From the NCBI GenBank assembly GCA_965222125.1, contig CBDCTC010000004.1:130299-194298 (forward strand): a stretch of 64,000 nt of DNA. Reading direction: 5' to 3'. Source of the stretch: Dehalococcoidia bacterium (GTDB lineage Bacteria; Chloroflexota; Dehalococcoidia; Lucifugimonadales; CAZENU01). How positions within the stretch are numbered: position 1 is the stretch's first letter; each line of letters begins with the position of its first letter. Below, in pieces: positions 8,427 to 17,040 of this stretch. Under the pieces are notes generated by a model. It did no database searches. It was not told the origin of the DNA and worked only from the letters and a program-made list of their open reading frames with translations. A program made the translations under genes and the position numbers.

Positions 8427-9131
8427 TCAGCGCCTCGTCCAGACGCCTTCCCATTGTGCCCACGAGCCACGTTCCGGGGCCTCTCGCGGTATCGTCTCCT
8501 CCGTCGGCGGCACGAGAGCCGTAAAGCACGGCGCCAGCATGCCCTCCAACTCCCCAAGAGCAAGAAAGTGGACTGCCAGGCCCGCCTTCGGGCCCTCATG
8601 ATACCTTACCGTGAAGTCGCCTTCATCGTTTCGCTCGATTACATCGTGGGCATGGTAGACGTCGGTCGACGCCGAGTTGACGCGAACGAAGAGCAGCCCA
8701 CCGTCTCTCAGCAGCGTCGCGGCGTGGGCGAACATAGCCCGCACCGTCGCTTCCGTGCCGTGCTGGAAGACCTGTATGGCGACGATGTAGTCGAACAGCC
8801 GCTCCGGATCGAAGTCCAGAAAGTCGGATTGGACCAACCGGGGCGCCAGACTCGGACGTCCAGCCCGGAGCTGAGCGAGCGCTTCCCCAGACGAGTCGAG
8901 CCCGATGACGTCCAGGCCCGCGTCGACAAGGGGAATGTAGTTTCGCCCGTTGTCGCATCCGACGTATAGTCCCTTGCCGCGCATGATCTCAGGTCGATCG
9001 CGAAGGACGTCCACGATCCGGCCGGCAAACGGAATCGGTGGCTCGTTCCGGTATCGTCCGCGCCTGTACTCGTCGTCCCAGACGGCCCCGCGCTCTCCTG
9101 ACAGCACTGCCGCATGCTCCATATTGTTCAT
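8427..9131 (-). CDS. Class I SAM-dependent methyltransferase
   Basis: 234 aa. Motif I-like LYVGCDNGRNYIPL, followed by VIGLDSS and an acidic post-I region. Confidence 0.7.
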   Translation of the reverse strand: MNNMEHAAVLSGERGAVWDDEYRRGRYRNEPPIPFAGRIVDVLRDRPEIMRGKGLYVGCDNGRNYIPLVDAGLDVIGLDSSGEALAQLRAGRPSLAPRLVQSDFLDFDPERLFDYIVAIQVFQHGTEATVRAMFAHAATLLRDGGLLFVRVNSASTDVYHAHDVIERNDEGDFTVRYHEGPKAGLAVHFLALGELEGMLAPCFTALVPPTEETIPREAPERGSWAQWEGVWTRR

Positions 9132-9266
9132 GTAGCGGCGCGGTCGTTTCCCCCGAACGCGCGCCGAGTGTAGTCAACCTGCCTTGGACTACAATGAGTG
9201 TACACGTCGGACGAATACAGCGACACCGGCCGACGCGGCCCTTGCGAGCTTTGGCGCCGTTGAAGA

Positions 9267-9602
9267 GTGGGAGAGCGGAGCGTGGTCGCTTCAGACACAG
9301 TGATTTCGACTATGGTCGACCGTATCGTCGAGCGGTTCCGACCTGAGAGTATCCTGGTCTTTGGTTCTCGGGCGCGAGGCACTGCGCACCGATGGAGCGA
9401 TGTCGACATTCTCGTCGTCTTGCCAGAGGTTCTGGACAAGCGTCGCGCCGCAATCGACATTCGCAGGCCTCTGGGGGATCTTCCGACAAGTAAAGATGTG
9501 GTGGTGACGACGCCCGAAGAAATCGAGTTGCGAGGGCATGTCGTGGGTAGCGTACTCCATGCCGCGCTCCGAGAGGGAAGGGTCGTCTATGAGCGACCCT
9601 GA
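9267..9602 (+). CDS. Nucleotidyltransferase-domain protein (MNT/MntA-like minimal NTase)
   Basis: 111 aa. It has ILVFGSRARGTAHRWSDVDILVV, the G[SG]-X9-13-DxD pattern of pol-beta-type NTases. The local GC content is lower than the surroundings. Confidence 0.7.
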   Translation: MGERSVVASDTVISTMVDRIVERFRPESILVFGSRARGTAHRWSDVDILVVLPEVLDKRRAAIDIRRPLGDLPTSKDVVVTTPEEIELRGHVVGSVLHAALREGRVVYERP

Positions 9603-9611
9603 CCTCGTCGC

Positions 9612-9890
9612 TTGATGGTCGCGTGGTATGATCAGCACTTCGGCTATCGGATCGAGCCCTACGGATCGGTCGAGGACGCTATCAAGTCGTGGTCCGCTAC
9701 AGCCCCGTGCGTTGGAGTCCGCTATGGGCACGGCAAGGTTACGGTCTACGCGCCGTACGGTCTGGCCGATTTGCTGGGGATGGTTGTCAGGCCAAACAAG
9801 GTCCAGGTCACGAAAAAGGTCTACCTGGAGAAAGCCAAGCGATGGACACGCGGTTGGCCAGACCTGCAGATCGTGGCAATGGTGAGTTGA
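9612..9890 (+). CDS. Hypothetical protein following the NTase
   Basis: 92-aa ORF starting 10 nt after the NTase stop, with a TTG/ATG start. No recognisable motif and no HEPN Rx4-6H motif. Confidence 0.35.
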   Translation: MMVAWYDQHFGYRIEPYGSVEDAIKSWSATAPCVGVRYGHGKVTVYAPYGLADLLGMVVRPNKVQVTKKVYLEKAKRWTRGWPDLQIVAMVS

Positions 9891-9909
9891 CCTGCGCCGA
9901 TACCGTCGC

Positions 9910-10884
9910 TTACGCGCCGCCGGTAACTTCGTCGACGAGGGCTTTGATGTAGCCCATAGCGTAGGCCTCAGAGGCGTACCAAGACCAGCCGGGCGAACCG
10001 ATGCCAATTGACGGCACGTGGTCCGGGATGAACGGCCCGTCGAAGCCGACCTCGTGGTAGGCGCGCATCGCCTCGAGCATGTCCACGTGGCCCTCGTCGA
10101 TGAACGTCTCCCGGAACCTCGGGATGGGGCTCGAGACGTTCCGGAAGTGGACGTAGAAGATCTTGCCCTGACCGCCGAACCGCCGGATGGCTCCGATCAC
10201 GTCTTCTGGCATCTCCGCCACGGTGCCCTGGCAGAACTCGAGGCCGCTGTAATCGCTGGATACTGTGTCGCATAGACGCTGGAGCGCGTCGTGGCTCCGC
10301 AGGATACGTGGCAGTCCAGCTAGCGGGGAGATGGGCGGATCGTCGGGGTGAACACCGATCCTGACGTCGGCCTGCTCGGCCACCGGCACGACCGCCTTCA
10401 AAAAGTACTCGTAGTTCGACCACATTTCAGCGTCCGAGACCTCGCCGTGCTCAGTCAACGGCGCGTCGCGAACGAGCTCGTAGTCGAAGCTGGAGACTCG
10501 AGAGCCGCCGCGACCGCGTGCGTCTGCTGAGGTACGCCACGCGTAGCCGGTCCTGCTGCGCATCGGCATGAAGTTGTATCCGAGAACCGGAACACCGGCC
10601 GCGCCCATATTGCGTAGCGTCTTGCAGACGTTGTCGATCTGCTGGTCCCGACCCGGTAGGCCAAGCTTGATCTTGTCCATCCACTGCTGCGGCAGGTTCT
10701 CGATGGCAGTGAGTTTCATCCCCGCGGACTCGACCCTCGTCCGTAGCCGCAGCAGGTCGAGGTACTCCCAGTGGCCCGCATCCTCCGGGAGTCCGCCGCC
10801 GATGACGTCGGTCGCTCCGAGCTGGGCACCAAACGCCAGCAACTCGTCATTCACGCCGCCGCGCGCGTCGAGACCAAGCTTCAT
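9910..10884 (-). CDS. uxuA: Mannonate dehydratase-like protein (UxuA family, xylose-isomerase-like barrel)
   Basis: Track ORF trimmed to ATG 10884, which has GAGGAG upstream. It has HPDDPPISPLAGLPRIL, the HPDDPP...GLPRI signature I associate with UxuA. Confidence 0.6.
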   Translation of the reverse strand: MKLGLDARGGVNDELLAFGAQLGATDVIGGGLPEDAGHWEYLDLLRLRTRVESAGMKLTAIENLPQQWMDKIKLGLPGRDQQIDNVCKTLRNMGAAGVPVLGYNFMPMRSRTGYAWRTSADARGRGGSRVSSFDYELVRDAPLTEHGEVSDAEMWSNYEYFLKAVVPVAEQADVRIGVHPDDPPISPLAGLPRILRSHDALQRLCDTVSSDYSGLEFCQGTVAEMPEDVIGAIRRFGGQGKIFYVHFRNVSSPIPRFRETFIDEGHVDMLEAMRAYHEVGFDGPFIPDHVPSIGIGSPGWSWYASEAYAMGYIKALVDEVTGGA

Positions 10885-10906
10885 CGAAAACTCCTCATCT
10901 GAGGTC

Positions 10907-11944
10907 CTATCCCGCCGGGACCTTCCGGTAGATCTGGAACCTGTGGCGCCGGTGCTCCAGGACATAGAGGCGCTCCTCGTCGTCCAGGATCAGCGAGGTC
11001 AGGCCCCAGAAGTAGGGCTCGATCTGGGACGACTCGTTGTTGGGGTCCTGGAGGTGCTCCGGCAGGGGAGAGTAGAGGTCGGCGATCGCCCTGGTGTCCC
11101 GCTCGTCGACGTTGGACTCGAAGAAGTCCTCGGTCCACTTCGTCAGCGTGGCCTGGCCCCGCAGCTTCTGCACGAATGCGCCATCCGGGTCCAGGACCTG
11201 GACGCGGTGGTTGCCCCAGTCGGCGATGTACATGTACCCGTCGGCGTCGACCACCACGACGGACGGCCGGTCGAGCTGGCCGTCCCCGCGACCCGACTCG
11301 CCGAAGCTGGCGACGAAGCTGCCATCCGTGGTGAATTTCTGGATCCGGTCGTTGCGCCAGTCTGCGACATACACGTTGTCCCGCGAGTCTACGGTGACGC
11401 CCCAAGGCATGTTGAACTGACCCTCGCCGCCGCCGAAGTCGCCCCACTGCCGCTGGTACTCTCCCTCGGTCGTGAAGACCTGGACGCGGTGGTTGTGCTG
11501 ATCGACGACGTATGCGTTGTCGGCCGAGTCGAAGGCGATGCTGCACGCGCCGTTCAGCTCGCCGTCGCCGCTGCCGTGCTCCCCCCACTCGCCGACGAAG
11601 CCGCCGTCCGTCGTGTAGACGAAGACCTTGTCCTTGGCTTCGTCCGCGACGTAGAGCCGCTCCCGGCCGTCGAATACCATGTCTGAGGGGGCCTGGAACT
11701 TCTGGTCGCCCTCACCCTCGCCGTACCAGGTCGCGAACTCGCCCAGGTAGTCCTCGTCGAAATTGCAGATCGTTATGCGGATAAGGTTGCGGTCCACGAC
11801 GAAGAAGCGGCCATCGGAACTGCGGGCCATCGCGTACGGAACGAGAAAGCCCCGCCCGCGGGCCACGTTGCTGATCATGCCGATCGTCTTGACGTATTCG
11901 AGGGTGAACGGCGGCGCCGTTGCCGTCGTGCTCACTGAGGTCAC
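10907..11944 (-). CDS. NHL-repeat beta-propeller protein (copy 1)
   Basis: 345 aa with repeated blades ...YVVDQHNHRVQVF..., ...YVADWRNDRIQKF..., ...YIADWGNHRVQVL.... No N-terminal signal peptide. Confidence 0.85.
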   Translation of the reverse strand: MTSVSTTATAPPFTLEYVKTIGMISNVARGRGFLVPYAMARSSDGRFFVVDRNLIRITICNFDEDYLGEFATWYGEGEGDQKFQAPSDMVFDGRERLYVADEAKDKVFVYTTDGGFVGEWGEHGSGDGELNGACSIAFDSADNAYVVDQHNHRVQVFTTEGEYQRQWGDFGGGEGQFNMPWGVTVDSRDNVYVADWRNDRIQKFTTDGSFVASFGESGRGDGQLDRPSVVVVDADGYMYIADWGNHRVQVLDPDGAFVQKLRGQATLTKWTEDFFESNVDERDTRAIADLYSPLPEHLQDPNNESSQIEPYFWGLTSLILDDEERLYVLEHRRHRFQIYRKVPAG

Positions 11945-12001
11945 CTCCGTGTTGGTGCGGCGAAGGCCTGTCGAGGCTTGCGTCCCGGTCGTCCGCGAGA
12001 C

Positions 12002-13408
12002 CTAGGCGAACTGGTACTCCGGAGACGACGCTATGAGGCTGAGCAGCTCGCCGACGCGCTTTTCGGACTCCTCGTCCCGGCCGTCTCCGAGACGCACGCC
12101 CCCTCGTCTTGAGACGTGTTCGATCAGCGACTCCCGGGTCTCGGCGGAGGCCGGCACCGGCCCTGCGAGATCCAGGCAGCCGTCGACCGTCTCTTCCGGC
12201 GACAGCGTGCCGCCGTTGCTCGAGCCCAGCCTGTCGATGATCGCGCGTACCCCCGGCTGCGACACGTCGCTCAGCTCCTTGGCGGCCAAGTTGACCCGCT
12301 CGACCACCGATCCGCTGTAGAGCCACTCCGAGCCCTCGTGCCATCCCTCAACCGATGGAGGCCGCAGGAGGCCCTGGCCCATGAAGTTGGAGGCGTCGAA
12401 CCGGCCGCCGTCGCTCGCCTTCGGGGTCTGGCAGCTCCCGGCCATGTGAATCGCGCCGACCACGAGCTCGACCGGGTTCTTGACGCGGGCGAACCGCGCG
12501 GCGTCCGACATGAAGTAGTCGGAGTTGAACATCGTACGCAGCACGGCGCGTATCTCGAACTCCGAGTCGAAATAAGACCGGACCATGTCGTCGACGAGCT
12601 CCTCGCCCTTCTCGCCGATCTCATCGGCGACGAAGTACTGGAACAGCCGGGTGCTTATGAACCGGGCGGTCGCCTCCTGTCGGACGATGATGTCGACCAC
12701 GTCCTCGCCGTTGAAGTTGCCCGTCTCTCCGAGGAACGTCTTCTCGCCGTCATCGTGGTCCTCGGGCCGGTACTCGAAGTGCCACGCGATGCGCCCGTAG
12801 GGCGAGAAGGAGTCCTTGTTGGCCTTGACAGCCATGTACTCGGCGTTGGCGATCGTCCAGCCCGTAAAGGCCCGGGCGCACTCTTTGACGTCCTGCTCCG
12901 TGTACGAGCCGATGCCCATGGCGAACAGCTCGAGCAGCTCGCGACCGTAGTTCTCGTTGACCGAGCCCTTCTTGTTGTCGTTGTTGTCCAGCCAGAAGAT
13001 CATCGCCGGGTCGCGGGACAGCTCGATCAGCAGGTCGCGGAAGCTGCCCAGCGAGTTCTCCCGGAACTTCTGGATCTGGTTGAGCTGCGACCGCGCCTGG
13101 TTGCCCTTCGCGTAGCCGACGGCGAACAGCCCGTGCCAGAAGAGCGTGATCTTCTCCTCCAGCGGGTTGCTCGTCGTAAGCATCCGGTAGGTCCAGTCGA
13201 TGGCTCCGCCTCCGGCGCCCTCGTCGTTCGCGAGGAAGACCCGTCGGATGATGTCCTCGGGCATCGTGTTCGGCTCGCCGGGATAGAGCAGGTCCTCCAC
13301 AGTCGCGTCGTAACCCCTGGCGACTTTGGCTTCGAGCTCGTCCCGCGTCGCGCCGAAGCCGGCGCGGCGCATCAGATGTGCCATCAACGCTATCCGGTCG
13401 TCTGCCAT
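12002..13408 (-). CDS. DUF1800-family protein (copy 1)
   Basis: 468 aa. The N-terminus ...LMAHLMRRAGFGATRDELE... and ...FWHGLFA..., ...MIFWLDN..., ...NENYGRELLELF are characteristic of DUF1800. No signal peptide. Confidence 0.85.
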   Translation of the reverse strand: MADDRIALMAHLMRRAGFGATRDELEAKVARGYDATVEDLLYPGEPNTMPEDIIRRVFLANDEGAGGGAIDWTYRMLTTSNPLEEKITLFWHGLFAVGYAKGNQARSQLNQIQKFRENSLGSFRDLLIELSRDPAMIFWLDNNDNKKGSVNENYGRELLELFAMGIGSYTEQDVKECARAFTGWTIANAEYMAVKANKDSFSPYGRIAWHFEYRPEDHDDGEKTFLGETGNFNGEDVVDIIVRQEATARFISTRLFQYFVADEIGEKGEELVDDMVRSYFDSEFEIRAVLRTMFNSDYFMSDAARFARVKNPVELVVGAIHMAGSCQTPKASDGGRFDASNFMGQGLLRPPSVEGWHEGSEWLYSGSVVERVNLAAKELSDVSQPGVRAIIDRLGSSNGGTLSPEETVDGCLDLAGPVPASAETRESLIEHVSRRGGVRLGDGRDEESEKRVGELLSLIASSPEYQFA

Positions 13409-13429
13409 CGTGGTCCTCCTGCGGGCGCT

Positions 13430-14563
13430 CTAGGCGGCGAAAAGGTCGAAGGCCTCGTACCTGCCGTTGACTATCGGCGCGGCGTCGAGGCTGAGCCACT
13501 GCTCCAGGACGGACGTGTAGGTGGAGCGGAAGTCGTTGTTGTAGTGCAGGTCGCCCTCGAGCTGGTCGTCATCGGCCAGAGACGGGTACTCGCCGTACAT
13601 GCCGCCCTTGACCGAGTCTCCGATGAGCATCGCCATGCCGCCCGAGCCGTGGTCGGTCCCCGAGCCGTTGTCCTTGATCCGGCGGCCGAACTCCGAGTAC
13701 AGGAACATCACCGTGTCCTCGTTGCGGCCGTGCTCGACGAGGTCGTCATAGAAGTCGCCGACGGCCGGCGCCACCTCGTTCCATAGCATCTCGTGCTTGA
13801 ACAGCTCGCCGGAGTGCGTGTCGAAGCTGCCGTGCTGCGTGAAGTAGACCCGCGTTCCGAAATCCGCGAACATCACCTGCGCCGCGCTCTTGAGGGACTG
13901 CGCCATGGGGTTGGCCGCGTACTCGACAGTCGACTCGTACGTCCCGGGCGCGGTCCTCAGGATGTCCGCTCCCCGGAGCGCGTCGAGGCCGGTCTGGCCC
14001 AGGAAGCCCATCACGGCATCCTTGCCCTCCGCCCCGCCATACATCTTGCCGAACGTCTCCAGCGCGTACTCCCTCAGCGCCTGGTCCTGCATGTCCGGGA
14101 ACAGGCCATACGTCTCCAGGTTGCCGACCGAGGCCACGGGCACTCCCGGGCAGCCCATCGCCCGCGGCAGGCCGCGGCCGAAGTTGACGCCTGCCAGCAC
14201 GTTCTCGCCGTTGGGGTCGATGTCGCGAATCGCCCTGCCGAGCCAGCCCTCGGTGCCGACCTCCTCGGCCAGCGCGGTGTGCCAGACGTCCATCGACCTG
14301 AAGTGGGACCGGTTCGGGTTCGGGTATCCGATGCCGTTGATGATGGCGACCTTGCCCTCGTCCCACAACCGTTTGATCGGCTCCAGGCCCGGCCTGAAGC
14401 CGACCTGGTCGTCGATCTTGATCACCGATTCGGGATCGATCGCGATCTCGGGGCGGGAGTCGTAGTAGAGCCCGTTGCCGTAGGGTACCAGCGTGTTCAT
14501 GTAGTCGTTTCCGCCGGACATCTGGACGATGACTAGGTTGCGGTCCCGGTTCGTGGTGGTCAT
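13430..14563 (-). CDS. DUF1501-family protein (sulfatase/alkaline-phosphatase-like; copy 1)
   Basis: Track ORF trimmed to ATG 14563, which has GAGGAGG upstream. Motifs include ...VIVQMSGGNDYMNTLVP..., ...GIGYPNPNRSHF..., ...YSEFGRR...GSGTDHGSGG. No twin-arginine or hydrophobic leader. Confidence 0.85.
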   Translation of the reverse strand: MTTTNRDRNLVIVQMSGGNDYMNTLVPYGNGLYYDSRPEIAIDPESVIKIDDQVGFRPGLEPIKRLWDEGKVAIINGIGYPNPNRSHFRSMDVWHTALAEEVGTEGWLGRAIRDIDPNGENVLAGVNFGRGLPRAMGCPGVPVASVGNLETYGLFPDMQDQALREYALETFGKMYGGAEGKDAVMGFLGQTGLDALRGADILRTAPGTYESTVEYAANPMAQSLKSAAQVMFADFGTRVYFTQHGSFDTHSGELFKHEMLWNEVAPAVGDFYDDLVEHGRNEDTVMFLYSEFGRRIKDNGSGTDHGSGGMAMLIGDSVKGGMYGEYPSLADDDQLEGDLHYNNDFRSTYTSVLEQWLSLDAAPIVNGRYEAFDLFAA

Positions 14564-14793
14564 GTCAGGCCTCCTCGTGGGGCTGTGACTGGCGACGCCG
14601 TGCCCGACGCGGCCCATCGGGCTTCAACGGATTGTATCAGAACAGTTATCCGTAGTCATGCCCTGTGGGCCCCTTATTTTCACGCCGTCGCGAGCCCCTG
14701 AGGCAAGAGACGAGCCCGCTTGTTTCCTCGCGTCATCCTCCGGTCGATTCCGGCGATGGAGCGGCTCGCTGCCTGGGGAAGGCCGGCGGAAAC

Positions 14794-15807
14794 CTACACG
14801 GTGTCCTGCGTCGGTACTCTGGGCGGTGGGGCCATCTGTGTCTCGTCCAGGGGGATGGCGTCCTTTTGGTAGACCTGCACGCGGGAGTGGCCGCTGTCGA
14901 TCACGACCATGCGGCCCCGCGTGTCGACGGTCAGCGAGGTGGGCCCAATGAAAGATTTCTCCGGCTCGAGGTCGGCCATCGAGCGGAGCCTCAGGACCTT
15001 GGCGTTCGCCAGAGTGTACTGTCGGGCCGACTTCGACAGCGTCCCGTCCCCCGTGAAGCTCTGAAGGTAACGGCCGCCGCGGTCGAACATCTGGACCCTG
15101 TGGTTGCCCAGGTCTGCCACGTACACGTCGCCATCCCCATCCGCGGCGATGCCGGCAGGCCGGTTGAACTGGCCGGCGCCCGCGCCCGTACCGCCGAATT
15201 CTCGAATGAAACGCCCCTCAGAGTCGAACTTCTGCACGCGGTCGTTGCGCCAGTCGACGACATACACGTCGCCGACCGGGTCCACGGCCATCCCCCACGG
15301 CATGTTGAGCTGGCCTGGCCCGGCGCCGAAGCTGCCCCACGCCGACAGAAATCGCCCGTCCTTCGTGAAGCGCTGGACGCGGTGGTTGAGCGTGTCGGAG
15401 ACGTACAGGTTCCCCTCGAGATCGAGCGCGATTCCCGAAGGTCCGTTCAGCTCCCCATGTTCTTCTCCGCGCTCGCCCCAAGACCACAGGAGCCTGCCGT
15501 CGCTGGTGATGACCGTAATGCGGTGGGCCGCCTCGTCGGAGACGTAGATGTTGTCCTCGGCGTCCATGGCGATCGCCACCGGCCACTGGAAGGCGGCCTC
15601 CGGTGCGCCTACCGGGCCCAGGAAATCGTCGTCCCACGTGAGCTTCCTGATCGGTGAGGAGCCCGGGAGCCGGCCAAGGACGTAGACGTTGTCGTCGGAG
15701 CCCACCGCCACGTCGACCGGCGCGTCGGTGACGCGCCTCATTCCCAGAGTCTTGACGTACGGAAACCCCGCCCTTAGCAGCGCGTACGGCATCGCCATGT
15801 CCGTCAC
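14794..15807 (-). CDS. NHL-repeat beta-propeller protein (copy 2)
   Basis: 337 aa with blades ...YVSDTLNHRVQRF..., ...YVVDWRNDRVQKF..., ...YVADLGNHRVQMF.... Paralog of 10907..11944. Confidence 0.85.
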   Translation of the reverse strand: MTDMAMPYALLRAGFPYVKTLGMRRVTDAPVDVAVGSDDNVYVLGRLPGSSPIRKLTWDDDFLGPVGAPEAAFQWPVAIAMDAEDNIYVSDEAAHRITVITSDGRLLWSWGERGEEHGELNGPSGIALDLEGNLYVSDTLNHRVQRFTKDGRFLSAWGSFGAGPGQLNMPWGMAVDPVGDVYVVDWRNDRVQKFDSEGRFIREFGGTGAGAGQFNRPAGIAADGDGDVYVADLGNHRVQMFDRGGRYLQSFTGDGTLSKSARQYTLANAKVLRLRSMADLEPEKSFIGPTSLTVDTRGRMVVIDSGHSRVQVYQKDAIPLDETQMAPPPRVPTQDTV

Positions 15808-15829
15808 CTCGTCCCGCGGCCCGGATGTT

Positions 15830-16978
15830 CTATCTGAAGGGACTGATCTGCTCGAAGGCTCCGGAGACGATGGGCACGGGGTCCAGACCCATCCACTGCT
15901 CTATGAGCGTCCCATACACTCCCCGGAAGTCGATGGTGTGCTTCAGGTCCTCGCCGCGCTCCCACCGGGCCGGGTCCAGGGGCGGATACTCGGCGTACAG
16001 TCCGCCCTCGACGCGGTCGCCGATCAGGAAGGCCCCGCCGCCGGACCCGTGGTCCGTGCCGGTGCCGTTGTCCTGCATGCGTCGGCCGAACTCGGTGAAG
16101 ACCAGCATTATGACCTCTTCGGACGCGTCGTGGTCCCGGAGGTCCTGGAAGAAGTCCATGATCGCCGCGGACAGGTCTGTCCACAGGGTCGCGTGAGTCG
16201 GCAGCTCGTTCGCGTGTGTGTCGTATCCCCTGGTGCCGCCGTGGATGACGTAGAAGATGCGCGTTCCCAGGCCCGCCAGGTGTACGCGCGCCACGTCCCG
16301 GAGGCTCTGCGCGATGGGGTTCGCGGCGTACTCCACCTCGGACGCGTACTGTCCCGGTACGTCCTTGAGGATGTCGGCGCCTCCCATGACGTTGACGACC
16401 GTCTGCCGGATGTAGTCCACCACCGGGCCAGTCCCGATTGCGGGGGCGTACATCTCTTTGAATACCCGCATCGCGTCGTTACGCTGGGTCTCCTCCGCTA
16501 TCGGCGTCATCAGGCCGTAGCTCTCGAGGTCGCCTACCGACGTAACCGGCACGTCCTGGGCAGCCATCGCGCGCGGCAGGCCCCTGCCGAAACTGACGCC
16601 GGTGAGTACGTTCTCTCCCCTGGGGTCGAGGTCCCTGATCGCCTTTCCCAGCCAGCCCTCGTAGACGAGCCGCTCGGGCTCGCACGTATGCATAATGTCC
16701 ATGCCGCGGAAGTGGGAGCGGTCGGCGTTGGGGTATCCGATGCCCTGGACGACCGCCACGTTTCCGCTGTCGTACATCTCCTTGAAGAGAGCGGCATTCG
16801 GGTGAAAGCCGAGCGTGTCGTTGATCGGCAGCACTTTGTCCTCGGGGATGCGCACCGTCGGGCGCGTGTCGTGGTACACGCCGCTGGTGAACGGGATCAG
16901 CGTGTTCATGAAGTCGTTGCCGCCGCTCTGCTGGACGACGACGAGGACGGGCGGCTTACCGTTTCCGTTGACTCTCAT
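15830..16978 (-). CDS. DUF1501-family protein (copy 2)
   Basis: The 794-aa track ORF (15830..18214) was trimmed to ATG 16978, which has GGGAGG upstream. Upstream of that point the frame overlaps the real DUF1800 gene. Motifs include VVVQQSGGNDFMNTLIP, GIGYPNADRSHF and FTEFGRR...GTGTDHGSGG. Confidence 0.85.
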   Translation of the reverse strand: MRVNGNGKPPVLVVVQQSGGNDFMNTLIPFTSGVYHDTRPTVRIPEDKVLPINDTLGFHPNAALFKEMYDSGNVAVVQGIGYPNADRSHFRGMDIMHTCEPERLVYEGWLGKAIRDLDPRGENVLTGVSFGRGLPRAMAAQDVPVTSVGDLESYGLMTPIAEETQRNDAMRVFKEMYAPAIGTGPVVDYIRQTVVNVMGGADILKDVPGQYASEVEYAANPIAQSLRDVARVHLAGLGTRIFYVIHGGTRGYDTHANELPTHATLWTDLSAAIMDFFQDLRDHDASEEVIMLVFTEFGRRMQDNGTGTDHGSGGGAFLIGDRVEGGLYAEYPPLDPARWERGEDLKHTIDFRGVYGTLIEQWMGLDPVPIVSGAFEQISPFR

Positions 16979-17040
16979 CCTCACAGACCTCCCGATAGCG
17001 CTACCTGCCGCATCCGCCTGTCGACAACGTCCGACCGGTC

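Noticed and set aside
9612-9890. A HEPN toxin partner of the MNT-type nucleotidyltransferase.
   Set aside because: It has no Rx4-6H motif and its composition is not helical. It is kept only as a low-confidence hypothetical ORF.
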